Of a DNA stretch of 64,000 nt, positions 49,891 through 61,800 are shown in pieces. Every line of letters begins with the position of its first letter. The first letter of the stretch is position 1. The notes beneath the pieces are model-generated. The model did not search any database. It was not told where the DNA came from and saw nothing but the letters and a program-made list of their open reading frames with translations. The translations under genes were made by a program, and so were the position numbers. The DNA comes from Macrostomum hystrix. Taxonomy: Eukaryota > Animalia > Platyhelminthes. The stretch lies in NCBI GenBank assembly GCA_950097015.1, contig CATNEN010000039.1, forward strand, positions 13,144,001 to 13,208,000. Direction: 5' to 3'.

Positions 49891-52243
49891 TATAAAGCTA
49901 GTCGGATATCCAGTGAAAGTTTTGGGAAACTAGATTTTACTTAAATTTTTATAATGGCAGCGAGAAAAGTTTAACAAGTTTAGGCGAGTGGAGAGCAGAA
50001 CCTATGGTATTGGAGGAAAGTGTTGGAAGTTAAAAACTAGCTCTGACTCTTTACAATAGAAATTATTAAGCAATCAAAAATAATTATATATTATAAAAAA
50101 TTTTTTGCTAAAACTACAAGGAAAAATTCTAAAACTCTATTTTAAAAAAGAGAAAATGCCTTATTATTTGTTATAAGTTTTACATTGTCGTTATTACCAT
50201 TAAAGTTATCGTGCAAATAAATTGCAAGAACCACAAGAAGATGGTATTCGTCCTTAAGGTATGCTTCTTAAAAAATGCTTAAGGTACCATAAAATATCCT
50301 CAGTTGGGAGATATAGATACTTTGACAGAGCTTGTTCGTCCACTGCCGAATAAATATATCAAGCAAGGACTACTATACTAGCTAAAATTAAAAGTACGAA
50401 CTGCGCATCGTTAGGTTGGGCAGTAAGGAAAGGAACCATGAATATATGAGAATCATAGATGAGTTAGGAGATGATCGAAATCATGACTGCTAATCGATGA
50501 TTTTGATTATTAGTGGAAATGCCATGTCGAAAATCTGAGCAATTGCATTTTCACAACGCCGAATTTTACAACCTCGAAATATCAACGTCGAAATATTAAC
50601 GGTTCTCGTTTGCTAAATTCATTCCATTTGGAAAACCACCTGTAAAATTTAAAGTAGCACATGGTGAATTTTGACACTAGACACTTGTTTTTGCTATTAG
50701 CTATGAATAAAAAATCGCTGGAACGACTAGGCTATATTTCTTAATCATTTAGAGGCACTCTGATCGAATCAATACAAATCTTGTAGTAAATGAAATATTC
50801 ACACCCGCGTAAATTTTGCATATCAAGAACCCGCACTTCCACTTCTATTGTAAATGATTCAATTGATATTAACTAACCCCTTTGCTAAAAGGTTTTTGAT
50901 TGAGAAAGTATATTTTCTAGCTTAGTTTTCGTACGGTTTTTTCCGCAGGAATTTGGTACTTTTCTATTTGTATTTTGTATGCCATTTAAAATCTTATTTA
51001 TTTAGCGATTTGTGCGTCACAAAGTAAAGAAACATATTACTCTTTTAATGCAAACATAATATGAATATGATTGAGTAGACGACACAATAATTTTAATGAA
51101 AAATCTCATAACACATCACACATTTTTATATATTCATATTTAATATATTTTAAATTTTAAAATTTAAATTTTTTATATCTTAAATTCATATATTTTAGTA
51201 AAATTAACTTTGCCGAGTAAATACATAAGATTATACAATTATAGTACATACATACGAGTATTTAAATGAAGTAAAGAAAATTTTAACAAAAGATTTAAGG
51301 AAATCTAAGTAAACATGTTTTACAAAAGAAAGATAGCTGTAGATTTGAAAAAAAAGAATGACAATTTATAGGGTAAAAAAGAAAAGGTTAGTATCGCTAC
51401 GATAGTAGAATGAATATAGGTGTAGGTATTGCTCATTATTTAACTATAATATATGAGACGTAAAACTCATGTTAAAGTATATTAAAAAATTATAAATATA
51501 AGTATAATTACGCAATAAAACAAAGTTTCAAATTGAATGACTTAGAACGGAAAATTTTTGTTTTCCTTAAAGAGAAATAACAATTAGTGAGTTGAAATAT
51601 TGCAAATATTAAACAACATGTACATCAATATAACCGCTTAATGGGTACATGTATCAAATTGATCGTCTGCAATCCACAATTATATAATATAATGAAAAGT
51701 GAAGAAAAAGCTGCAATTATTGGTTTTTGCTTAACATGCAATATTAAAACAAGAAATATTAAAACAATACAAACGCTATGAAAAACATAATTTCGGCTAG
51801 AAAACGACTCATTTACTATAAAAATGTTAGATTATTTAATTATTTAAGATTGCGGTTCATTGGTGTCGTGTCCATGAGCTGAAATAGGGAATTTAAGTGG
51901 ATGGACGGGTTGGTCCAGTCCATGGACACAATACTCTGGGGCAAAACTGGAATACGTGTCATTTTATATCAATCTTTCGTTTCTGATCTCAACTTTGTAG
52001 TTCCTTTGTTTTACAATAAGTTAAAAATTGTCGAATTCAAATGCAAAATGTTTGAACGCAATTATCCAACAAATTAAGAACGCAAAACTTACTTAATTTA
52101 ACCATATTATTTCCAGACTAAATTTAAACAGCGCTTAGATGATACCATGAGAATAAGAAATGTGTTTGAGTTTAACTAGTGACTCGGAGTTAAAGATACT
52201 GTAATTTCTCTTATTAAAAACTGTTTATTCACGTTTGACATCC

Positions 52244-52467
52244 TTAGCCTTTGAACACGTCAGGCGCCGAGAACAGAATGGCACAGGTGGATACAACTGT
52301 GAAGCAGGAGAACATTATCAAGCAGAGCCGGTCAACGACTCTGGCTGCAAACTTCCATTCGCTGGAGATTTCACTGTCGGCAATGTCGTCAGAGATTTTC
52401 TTTGTTATGATGCGCAGCTCGTTGATAACAGCAGTCAGGTCGTTTCGAGTGCTGCACTGATGATGTA

Positions 52468-52501
<34 letters not shown>

Positions 52502-52834
52502 ACAACCATTTGACGGTGACGGCATACCAACGCCGATGTAGTTTTGAAAATAGTTCGGCGGTCCAGACGACAATCCGCCGCCGACGCCGCCGCGGATGTC
52601 ATCCTCCAGGTCGAGCACGTTCGCCAGCAGCGACTTCGAAGAGCGTTCTCGGAGTTCCAAGCCGCCACCGCTGATGCCGCCGCAGTAGCCGCCGCATTCG
52701 CGACTTCGCCTTCGGCGCACAGCGAAAGAGTCGGGCCTCGATGACGGATGCTGAAGTCCGGACGCCTCGCGAGTACTGGTTGGATTTCGCATGCAGAGCA
52801 CAGTGGCCAGGTAAGTGCAGATGAGCTTTTTAAC
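52244..52834 (-). CDS. nAChR last exon (intracellular loop with polyQ, TM4, stop)
   Basis: AAG|[56 protein letters not shown]. Confidence 0.92.
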
Positions 52835-55800
52835 CTTGATGGCGGAAGTTGCGTTGTTAATTAGAAATCTATGGGTGGTCTCAAGATATCTCAAGATAGA
52901 TAAAACAAAAATGAGGATGTGAGGCAGTCAAACTCAATTCTCAGCTTCTTAATTCTCTGGCTATGGGGGAACTGGACACGAACTGGCCACTAGGGCCACA
53001 ACCTGGGATTTAGTGGGTTGCAATTGGGGGATTTGGTGGGTTACAACTGGGGGATTTAGTGGGATGTCACTGGGGGATTTAGAGGCCTGCCATAAGGGGG
53101 ATTTAGAGGGCCGCTACAAGGAGGATTTGGAGGGTCATCACAAGGGGGATTTGGAGGGCCATCACAAGGGGGATTTGGAGGGCCATCACAAGGGGGATTT
53201 GGAGGGCCATCACAAGGGGGATTTGGAGGGCCATCACAAGGGGGATTTGGAGGGCCATCACAAGGGGGATTTGGAGGGCCATCACAAGGGGGATTTGGAG
53301 GGCCATCACAAGGGGGATTTAGAGGGCCGCTACAAGGAGGATTTGGAGGGCCATCACAAGGGGGATTTAGAGGGCCGCCACAAGGGGGATTTAGAGGGCC
53401 GCCACAAGGGGGATTTGGAGGGCCATCACAAGGGGATTTGGAGGGCCATCACAAGGGGGATTTAGAGGGCCGCCACAAGGGGGATTTGGAGGGCCAAAAG
53501 GGGGATTTAGAGGGCCGCCACAAGGTGGATTTGGAGGGCCAAAAGGGGGATTTAGAGGGCCGCCACAAGGGGGATTTGCGAGTGTCGGCCAGTCGCCACG
53601 GTGGATTCAGTTGGTCGCCATCTGAGATATCCCGGTATTAGGGATATGAGGACCATGGGGTATTGTTTTTACTAGTTTATTAATACTAATTTGTTACTGT
53701 CTAACTAACTGTTCAGGTGGAGATAACAAATTTGATTCTTTACATAAAAATTTCGCAATCAACAAACCCTGACTGACTGACCCAGTTTGGCACTGGATGC
53801 GATTCAGCGTCTCTGTGGTGATAGTTGAGCACGATCACGGTGAATACAACCGATAGGCTACACATGATCATTGTGCAGGCAAAGTACATGCCTGCGTGGA
53901 TTGCAAGGTTAAAAGCGCTTTGTTATAAATTGTTATTCATTTTGGATATTTTAGGAACCAACACGAACCCTGGTAAAGTACACCCGAGCATGATAAAAGT
54001 GAAGTAATGTTTGCACCCCACATGGCATTGATGAAAAATGGTGAATATGTGTTCTAGCTCTTAGCCTAGATTTGTTTAAGGGGCCACTTTACTTGCAGCA
54101 GTTGGCTAAAATAGATTTCAAGCATGAAGTATGTGGCACAGGAATGAGAAGAAACCCGTTTTGGTGGGAGAAATCGTTCCGAAATGCATGTCGACAACTT
54201 TTTTTCTGTGCCTGTGTAAATTTGTGATGGACAGTCGAGGGTTTAGCATTGCTCATTTAGCCACCAGGTGTTCTCAAATTCACGAGAAAGCTTATCAGGC
54301 AAGTCATACTTGATGACTAGTAATTTTCTTCAACACCGTGAAAATAAACGACTAATATATAACCTTTCTTACGATACGCAAAACAAAAAACATTGAACAA
54401 GCAAATAAAAAAGGAAGGAACTACTACGAGTACATCTCTAGAAATTAAGCACCGAAACCCTGTTCGGGTCCGTCACTGGGGGGATTTGAGGGCCGCCAAT
54501 AAGGATTTGAGCGCCGACACCAGGGTATAGAGGCCCGCCACTGGGGATTTGGAGGGCCACTGGGGATTTGGAGGGCCACTACTGGGGATTTGGAGGGCCA
54601 CTGGGATGTGGAGGGCCACTGGGGATTTGGAGGGCCACTACTGGGGATTTGGAGGGCCACTGGGATTTGGAGGGCCACTGGGATTTGGAGGGCCACTGGG
54701 GATTTGGAGGGCCACTACTGGGGATTTGGAGGGCCACTGGGATTTGGAGGGCCACTGGGGATTTGGAGGGCCACTACTGGGGATTTGGAGGGCCACTACT
54801 GGGGATTTGGAGGGCCACTGGGATTTGGAGGGCCACTGGGGATTTGGAGGGCCACTACTGGGGATTTGGAGGGCCACTACTGGGGATTTGGAGGGCCACT
54901 GGGATTTGGAGGGCCACTGGGGATTTGGAGGGCCACTACTGGGGATTTGGAGGGCCACTGGGATTTGGAGGGCCACTGGGGATTTGGAGGGCCACTAGGA
55001 ATTTGGAGCGCCACTAGGGATTTGGGCCAAGTTTGCCAAAATTGGAGATTCAGAGGCCGCCACTGGGGGATTGGAGGGCCACATGCGAATATTTTGGTGG
55101 CTTGCCCCTTCACTACCACAAATCTCTTTGACTAATTGACTAGACTAAAAGACAAAACTAGGACGAAAGTCCCCAGCCAATCCTCACCAATGACCGGCAC
55201 AGCGTCCGAGGTTGGCGGCATGGCCTCGGCCACCATCATAAGAAACACGGTTAGCGACAGCAGTATTGTGACTCCTTCGGTGCGTTCACGAAACAGAAGA
55301 CACAAAATCGATTTTAGAAAGGGTGAATTGGGGAGGGGCGCAGGTTAACTTAAATTTTAAATCGGTGCTTTTTGAGGCAGTAAATTAAATAAATGATTAC
55401 AAAAAACAAGTGCATGGTTGGTTATGATCCCGAAACGACGGCTCGCACAAAAAATGTTTTTTGTTTCTAGAAAACATTAAATTTTTCTATATTAAGATCA
55501 TAATCTTGTGTTTCTTTATAGTAAATCAATGCGTTTACTACGAAATTTTAACCAAAATTAGTTTTAAACAAAATTTAAACAGCTTTTCAATACGGAAGTA
55601 AATCGAACTCAAGTTATTATTATTTATTTTGTTGCGAGAAAAATGAGTCACTAAACCAAAAATAATGAAAATTGTTCGGAAAGAGAAAACAGACTAGACT
55701 ACATTACACCCGTCACGGCTCAGGCAGTTAGGAATTGATGGACACACTGCGCAGGTGCTGAAGGGTCTCACCAATGAGCGGGACTGCTTCGGACGTCTGA

Positions 55801-58800
55801 GGCATTGCGTCGGCCACCAACAGTTGAAACATGGTCAGCGACAGCATGATTGTCACGCCTATAGCCAATGCGAGGTACGCGTTTTTTAACCATTTCGTTT
55901 TTTTACCATGCTGAAGATGCTTCTTGTAGAAACATATTTTCAATAGAAAAATTACGAGGTAGATAGATGAACATGCAGTGCATTCAACAACTAGATTAAC
56001 AATCAAAGTGCTTAACTCTGGTGCCGAAGATAGTTAGGTTAAAATCAACGGCTGGACAATATGTATCGAAAAAGCTAAGCTAGTCGAATCCTCGCAATCA
56101 TATTCGGGCTGCTGAATATGAAGCTTTAAGAATATGAGAGATAAGACACGGGAGAGATGAGACAGAGGAGAGATGAGACAGAGGAGAGATGAGACAGGGG
56201 AGAGATGAGACAATGGGGAGAGATGAGACACGGGAGAGATGAGACAGAGGAGAGATGAGACACGGGAGAGATGAGACAAGGGAGAGATGAGACAAGGGAG
56301 AGATGAGACAAGGGAGAGATGAGACAGAGGAGGAGAGATGAGACAAGTGGGAGAGATGAGACAAGGGGGAGAGATGAGACAGACAAGAGACGAGACAGTC
56401 AAGAGACGAGACAGTCAAGAGATGAGACAAGGGAGAGATGAGACAGAGGAGGAGAGATGAGACAAGTGGGAGAGATGAGACAAGGGGGAGAGATGAGACA
56501 GACAAGAGACGAGACAGTCAAGAGACGAGACAGTCAAGAGATGAGACAAGGGAGAGATGAGACAGAGGAGGAGAGATGAGACAAGTGGGAGAGATGAGAC
56601 AAGTGGGAGAGATGAGACAGAGGAGGAGAGATGAGACAATGGGGAGAGATGAGACACGGGAGAGATGAGACAGAGGAGAGATGAGACACGGGAGAGATGA
56701 GACAAGGGAGAGATGAGACAAGGGAGAGATGAGACAAGGGAGAGATGAGACAAGTGGGAGAGATGAGACAAGGGGGAGAGATGAGACAGACAAGAGACGA
56801 GACAGTCAAGAGACGAGACAGTCAAGAGATGAGACAAGGGAGAGATGAGACAGAGGAGGAGAGATGAGACAAGTGGGAGAGATGAGACAAGTGGGAGAGA
56901 TGAGACAGAGGAGGAGAGATGAGACAAGTGGGAGAGATGAGACAAGTGGGAGAGATGAGACAGAGGAGGAGAGATGAGACAAGTGGGAGAGATGAGACAA
57001 AGGGGAGAGATGAGACAGACAAGAGACGAGACAGCCAAGAGATGCGACAGTCAAGATATGAGACAGGCGAGTTGGAAGGGACCAGTGTCAGAGGTTGCCG
57101 AACCCAGTTTTAGGTGATGGATGAGTGATGGATTATCAGAGAATATTTTGAAGTGGATGGTGCACGCACCCAGTGAGATTTTCTCTCCAGCATCCGGCGG
57201 TAGGATGAAGGTGAGCAGCGCCATAGACGAGATGAGCACACAGGGGATGATGAGGTTAAATCCATAATAGAGTGTCCGCCTACGAATGCGAATCTGGTAG
57301 CGCAGATCAATGAACGGGTGCGGACAGCAGTCGTAGATGATGGCGGACCGTTCGCAAGGCATGCCTGCAACAATTGTTTTGTTTTTCTATCGAGGCCTTT
57401 CAAATAATTAACGATTTCTACATTTTAATTATTGATTTCTTTATCTATTAAAGTTATCGCCAGTTTAACGAATTTGGAGTTAAATAATTATTAAAGCTAG
57501 TGTTTCATTAAGCTTTGGATTTCCTATTGATAGGTCTGACAGATCGTTGAATATCTTGACGATGCGGATATTCTGGATTTCCATGGCGATTGGTTGAGCA
57601 GCTTAGGAGATTCAGAGAAAACTGAAACTTTTGGGGTGAGTACAACTGATGTAAGGTGAGATTTAAATCTTGGTTTCGAGAATGATATTTGCCAAATAAT
57701 TTTTTAAGCATTAAAAACAGCATGCTAGCTAGACCATGCATGAACTAGATGTGACAAATAGTACAATGAACAGTGATTGTAAGTGCTCATCAAGCAGATA
57801 CCAGCAAAATCATGCAAATTTCCAGCATGCCAAAATAGACAAGGTTGCACTAGGGTGGTGATTCTAATAGGTTATTTTAGTGTTGCAAAGTAATAAATAA
57901 TAACCAACACCTAGTAGGTACATGGTGCTTTAGAGCAGTGACGAAAGTACACGCATTACAGATTGTGATAAATTAGCAAACAATGATTTCCTATATTCAT
58001 TAAAACATTTTATAACCATGCGCGCATTCGTTTCGGGATCATTTCCACCAAGACTTCTTTAAACAAAGACTTCTTTTAACGAAGAATTTCAGCAACTAAT
58101 TCGGCCCGGCCTTACCAAAGCTGACCTTCTCGCCAGCGTCTGGTGGGATTATGAAGCTGAGAAGTGCCAGGCAAGCCAAGAATGAACAGGGGGCTATCAA
58201 ATTGAAAATGTAATACAATTTTCTGCGCCGGATGCGCAGAAAGAATTCTAGGTCAATGAATGGGTAGGGACAGCAGTCGTACAGGTTGCTGTGACGGATG
58301 CCCGGCACCTCTGGAACATTGTTGTCGACGCGAATGAGGCAATTAGGTGAAACTTTTTGTTACAAAATACGAGTAACTTTGGAGTTTATCTGCATTTTTG
58401 AAGACAACTAAACTAAGGGGATGGAGTGTCGGAATTTAAGGTTGGTGGTTCGATTTCCGTCTACACCGGATAATAATACCATTAATTTTAGGAGGGTTGC
58501 GGGCAATGACGCAGCATTTAGTGACACTAGACCCGCAGCCAGCGAGGAGGCAAAACTGACTGCTGAGCACACACACACACAGATACCGTACGCAGGCATA
58601 CGCTAACACAGGTGTGTACATCTGGCCTGACTTTCTCATCGTCAGGAAGTTTACACTCTCACTGTGTCTTGGAGGTTGGCCCTCAAGGGGTGTAAATCGC
58701 ATGACAAGCTCCCAAGCCTTCTCTCTGCGGCTGCGCCCGAAATAAATGTGGCCTCACCGCGGAATCGAGCTCTGGGATCTTTGTGCGAGAGACAAACGCG

Positions 58801-61800
58801 TTAACCGCTCTGCCACTGACCCCCCTGTCTCCACTGGAACAATTTGTGTCCGCTAGCAAAACACACTTAACTCTGCATTGCTTCAGTTCACCCAGCTGTT
58901 AAATGGCTATCATCTTCAGCTGGGGTAATTGAGGGCGGGTGTGGCGTTCCCACAGTCCATGGACTGAACAGTCGTACGCAGCCTTCAGATGTAATCAATT
59001 CTAATCACTGATAAGACAGAAAGAAAACAGCGTTTCATTTCCCCGAAATTTCTAGAGCCGAGGATAGTAAAGGAGATTAGAAATATCGGTTTTGATAAAA
59101 ATACAAATTTTCAATTAACTGAAACACAAATTAACCCTGTTCCATTTTTTGTTAGTCCATTCAACAACAAGACGATGTTTAGTTTTAGATGTTTTAGAAA
59201 TGGACAGGAAAATTTGTTCAAACGTAAACCTGAAATTTCACTGCCCAAACAAGCTCAAACACGACTCTTTCACTACTCAGCTTCTAAAATCTGATTAATA
59301 ATTCAAATCTGATCGACCAAGTTGTTCCATGTCAAGATTCGATCCGACGGACTTCGAGAAAAACGGTTCGCAGGATTAGCCAACAGGTACGTCAGTTCAT
59401 CGATCAACAGTGCATGCCTGCTGCTCAGCCAAAAATGATTGATTGATTATGGAACAGATGTGACAGCAACACGTTGGGTTTCGATGACGAAAGCAGCTTT
59501 AAATAAAAAATTTTTTCAGAAAACGTCGACAATCAGATTGACATGTCAGAGTGTTAGACTGATCGAATAGATTAATCGAAGTTGGGATGTTGTAAACTGC
59601 CAACAAGCTGTCTAATTATTTATCTTAGTCCAATAAAAAAACGGCACGCGATATTTCAACCTGACCATAATGGAAGTCAACATGGACTGCAGACTTCGAT
59701 TTTACGAGTGTACTATTAAACGGATCATTGCACTGGGATATTCAGACACGGCACACCTGTAGAACACACCTTGTACAGTTCATTATTTGGAATGAAAGTA
59801 TGAAAGTAAAGTTTCAGATAGACTATTCGAGTTTTTATTGCACTGTGGCCCGGTTGCAAATTAAACTTTTATTACTGGGTCGGATGTTTCATGATGATTT
59901 ATAATAATGTATGTAATAATGATGCTGTATGATATTCCCGTCCGTGAAGTTTCATGAAACTTTCATAAAAAACTGTCAGTACTTCTTTATGAACATAGAA
60001 ACCAAAAGGTGTTTTACAGAATAAATGATAAAAAGACTAGAATCAAACCTTCCAGACTCCACTCTCCGCTCGGTACATAATTTGAGATGTCACCCTCGCC
60101 ATTCACTGAGCAGTTCAACGGATCATTGAGCCGCAGCTCAGTAGTGCTAAGGCTCTCATTGCTGCACTTGAACCTCAGATCAACCGTGCCACCATCGTAG
60201 GTCCAGGAGCCGAATTTCAGTTTGCAAACCTGCGTGTCGAATGGAAACCAGGTGATGTCGATTTTGCAGGTAGAGCGGAACATGCCGGGCGGTACAAACG
60301 ACATGGAGCCGGTGTGGTCGATCACAACGTTCGTTGGATACGTGGCGTCGAATTTCTCATCCGCACTGTGGTTTAAAACAAATATTTAGAGACGAGAACT
60401 TCCACTGATTGAGATCTGTTCATGCACGTGAAATTCTAGACTTTTTTATCAGAAGCGTTAATGCGACTTCGCTGTCAAGCTTCGGATAACACATCTAGCT
60501 CGTACAATGCCAAGTTTAGGCACATCCGACATTGCTGCTGATTTTAAGTTCCACATAATGTAATTCGCTATGTTACATATTATATTATAATTGCTGGAGG
60601 GCTGCGTGAAATGACATCATTTGGGGACACTAGACCAGCAGCCAGAAAGGAGACAAGTCTGCCCATTTTGCTGACTGCTGAGCGCACACGCGTACAGATA
60701 CGGTTCGCAGGCATACGTTCACACAGGTGTGTACATCTGGCCTGACTTTCTCATCGTCAGGCAGTGTACACTCTCACTGTGCCTTGGAGGTTGGCCCTCA
60801 AGGGTGTAAATTGCACGACAAGCCCCCAAGCCTTCTCTCCGCGGCTGCGCCCGAAATAAATGGGGCCTCGCCGCGGAATCGAGCTCTGGGACCTTGGTGC
60901 GAGAGGCAAACGCGTTAACCGCTCTGCCACCGCTAATTAGCAAGGTTTATCACAACTTGCCTGTTATACAGAAGAATGTCGGGCTTCCATACACGCTTGG
61001 GATCAACGTTGATCTTCTTGACGCCGCCATACTCTTCCGGATTCCACACGAAGTGGTAATCCGTCCAGCTCTGAAATTAATTTATTATAGTATTTTAAAG
61101 CCTTAAGGCCGGTAGTTGTAGCGTGCCTTCTGCTTCGATAAAATCTTTAAAACCCTTCAAGGTTGTGAATATAAAAAATTACAAGTTGATAAAGAGACCT
61201 TGCAAAGACTACATTTAAATTTAATATTGTAAAATGATTACAACGAGATTTAAGCGAACCATTTAGTACGACTAGGAATTTGCAAGTAGCTCGAAATTTA
61301 GCTTTAGCAAAAACTGCAGCGTTCTAAGATTGGACAAACTATATAGAACTTTTCTTTAAGAAAATTCCTTGGTGTTAAAACGGTTAACGCGTTTGCCTCT
61401 CGCACCACGGTCCCTAAGTTCGATTCCACGGCGAGGCCACATTTATTTGGGGCGCAGCCGCGGAGAGAAGGCTTGGGGGCTTGTCGTGCAATTTACGCCC
61501 TTGAGGGCCAACCTCCGAGGCACAGTGAGAGTGTACACTGCCTGACGATGAGAAAGTCAGGCCAGATGTACACACCTGTGTCAGCGTGTGCCTACGTACG
61601 GTATCTGAGTGCGTGTGTGCTCAGGAGCCAGCGAAATGGGCAGAACTGCCTCCTCGCTGGCTGCGGGTCTGGTGTCACCAAATGATGGGTGACATTTGAA
61701 TTGTAAAAACTGAGTAAATTTTACTGTAAAGTAAACTGTAAAGGCGTATTGGAAAACAAAATGCAACATTATAGTGTTTGTTGTGGCAGTTGCCTACTCG

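Noticed and set aside
53920-54010. Minus-strand [18 protein letters not shown] just upstream of exon 9, faintly like a duplicate TM3 exon
   Set aside because: No correctly placed acceptor or donor, the similarity is short, and the frame stops. At best a decayed relic.
53013-57054. [15 protein letters not shown] and SHL/CLISP repeat ORFs
   Set aside because: Intronic minisatellites of the nAChR gene.
58322-59532. 9-bp complementarity (TTGTCGACG / CGTCGACAA) as a docking-selector pair for exon 7a; similar 7-9-bp matches near the exon 8 acceptors
   Set aside because: Too short and partly palindromic, so expected by chance without comparative evidence.
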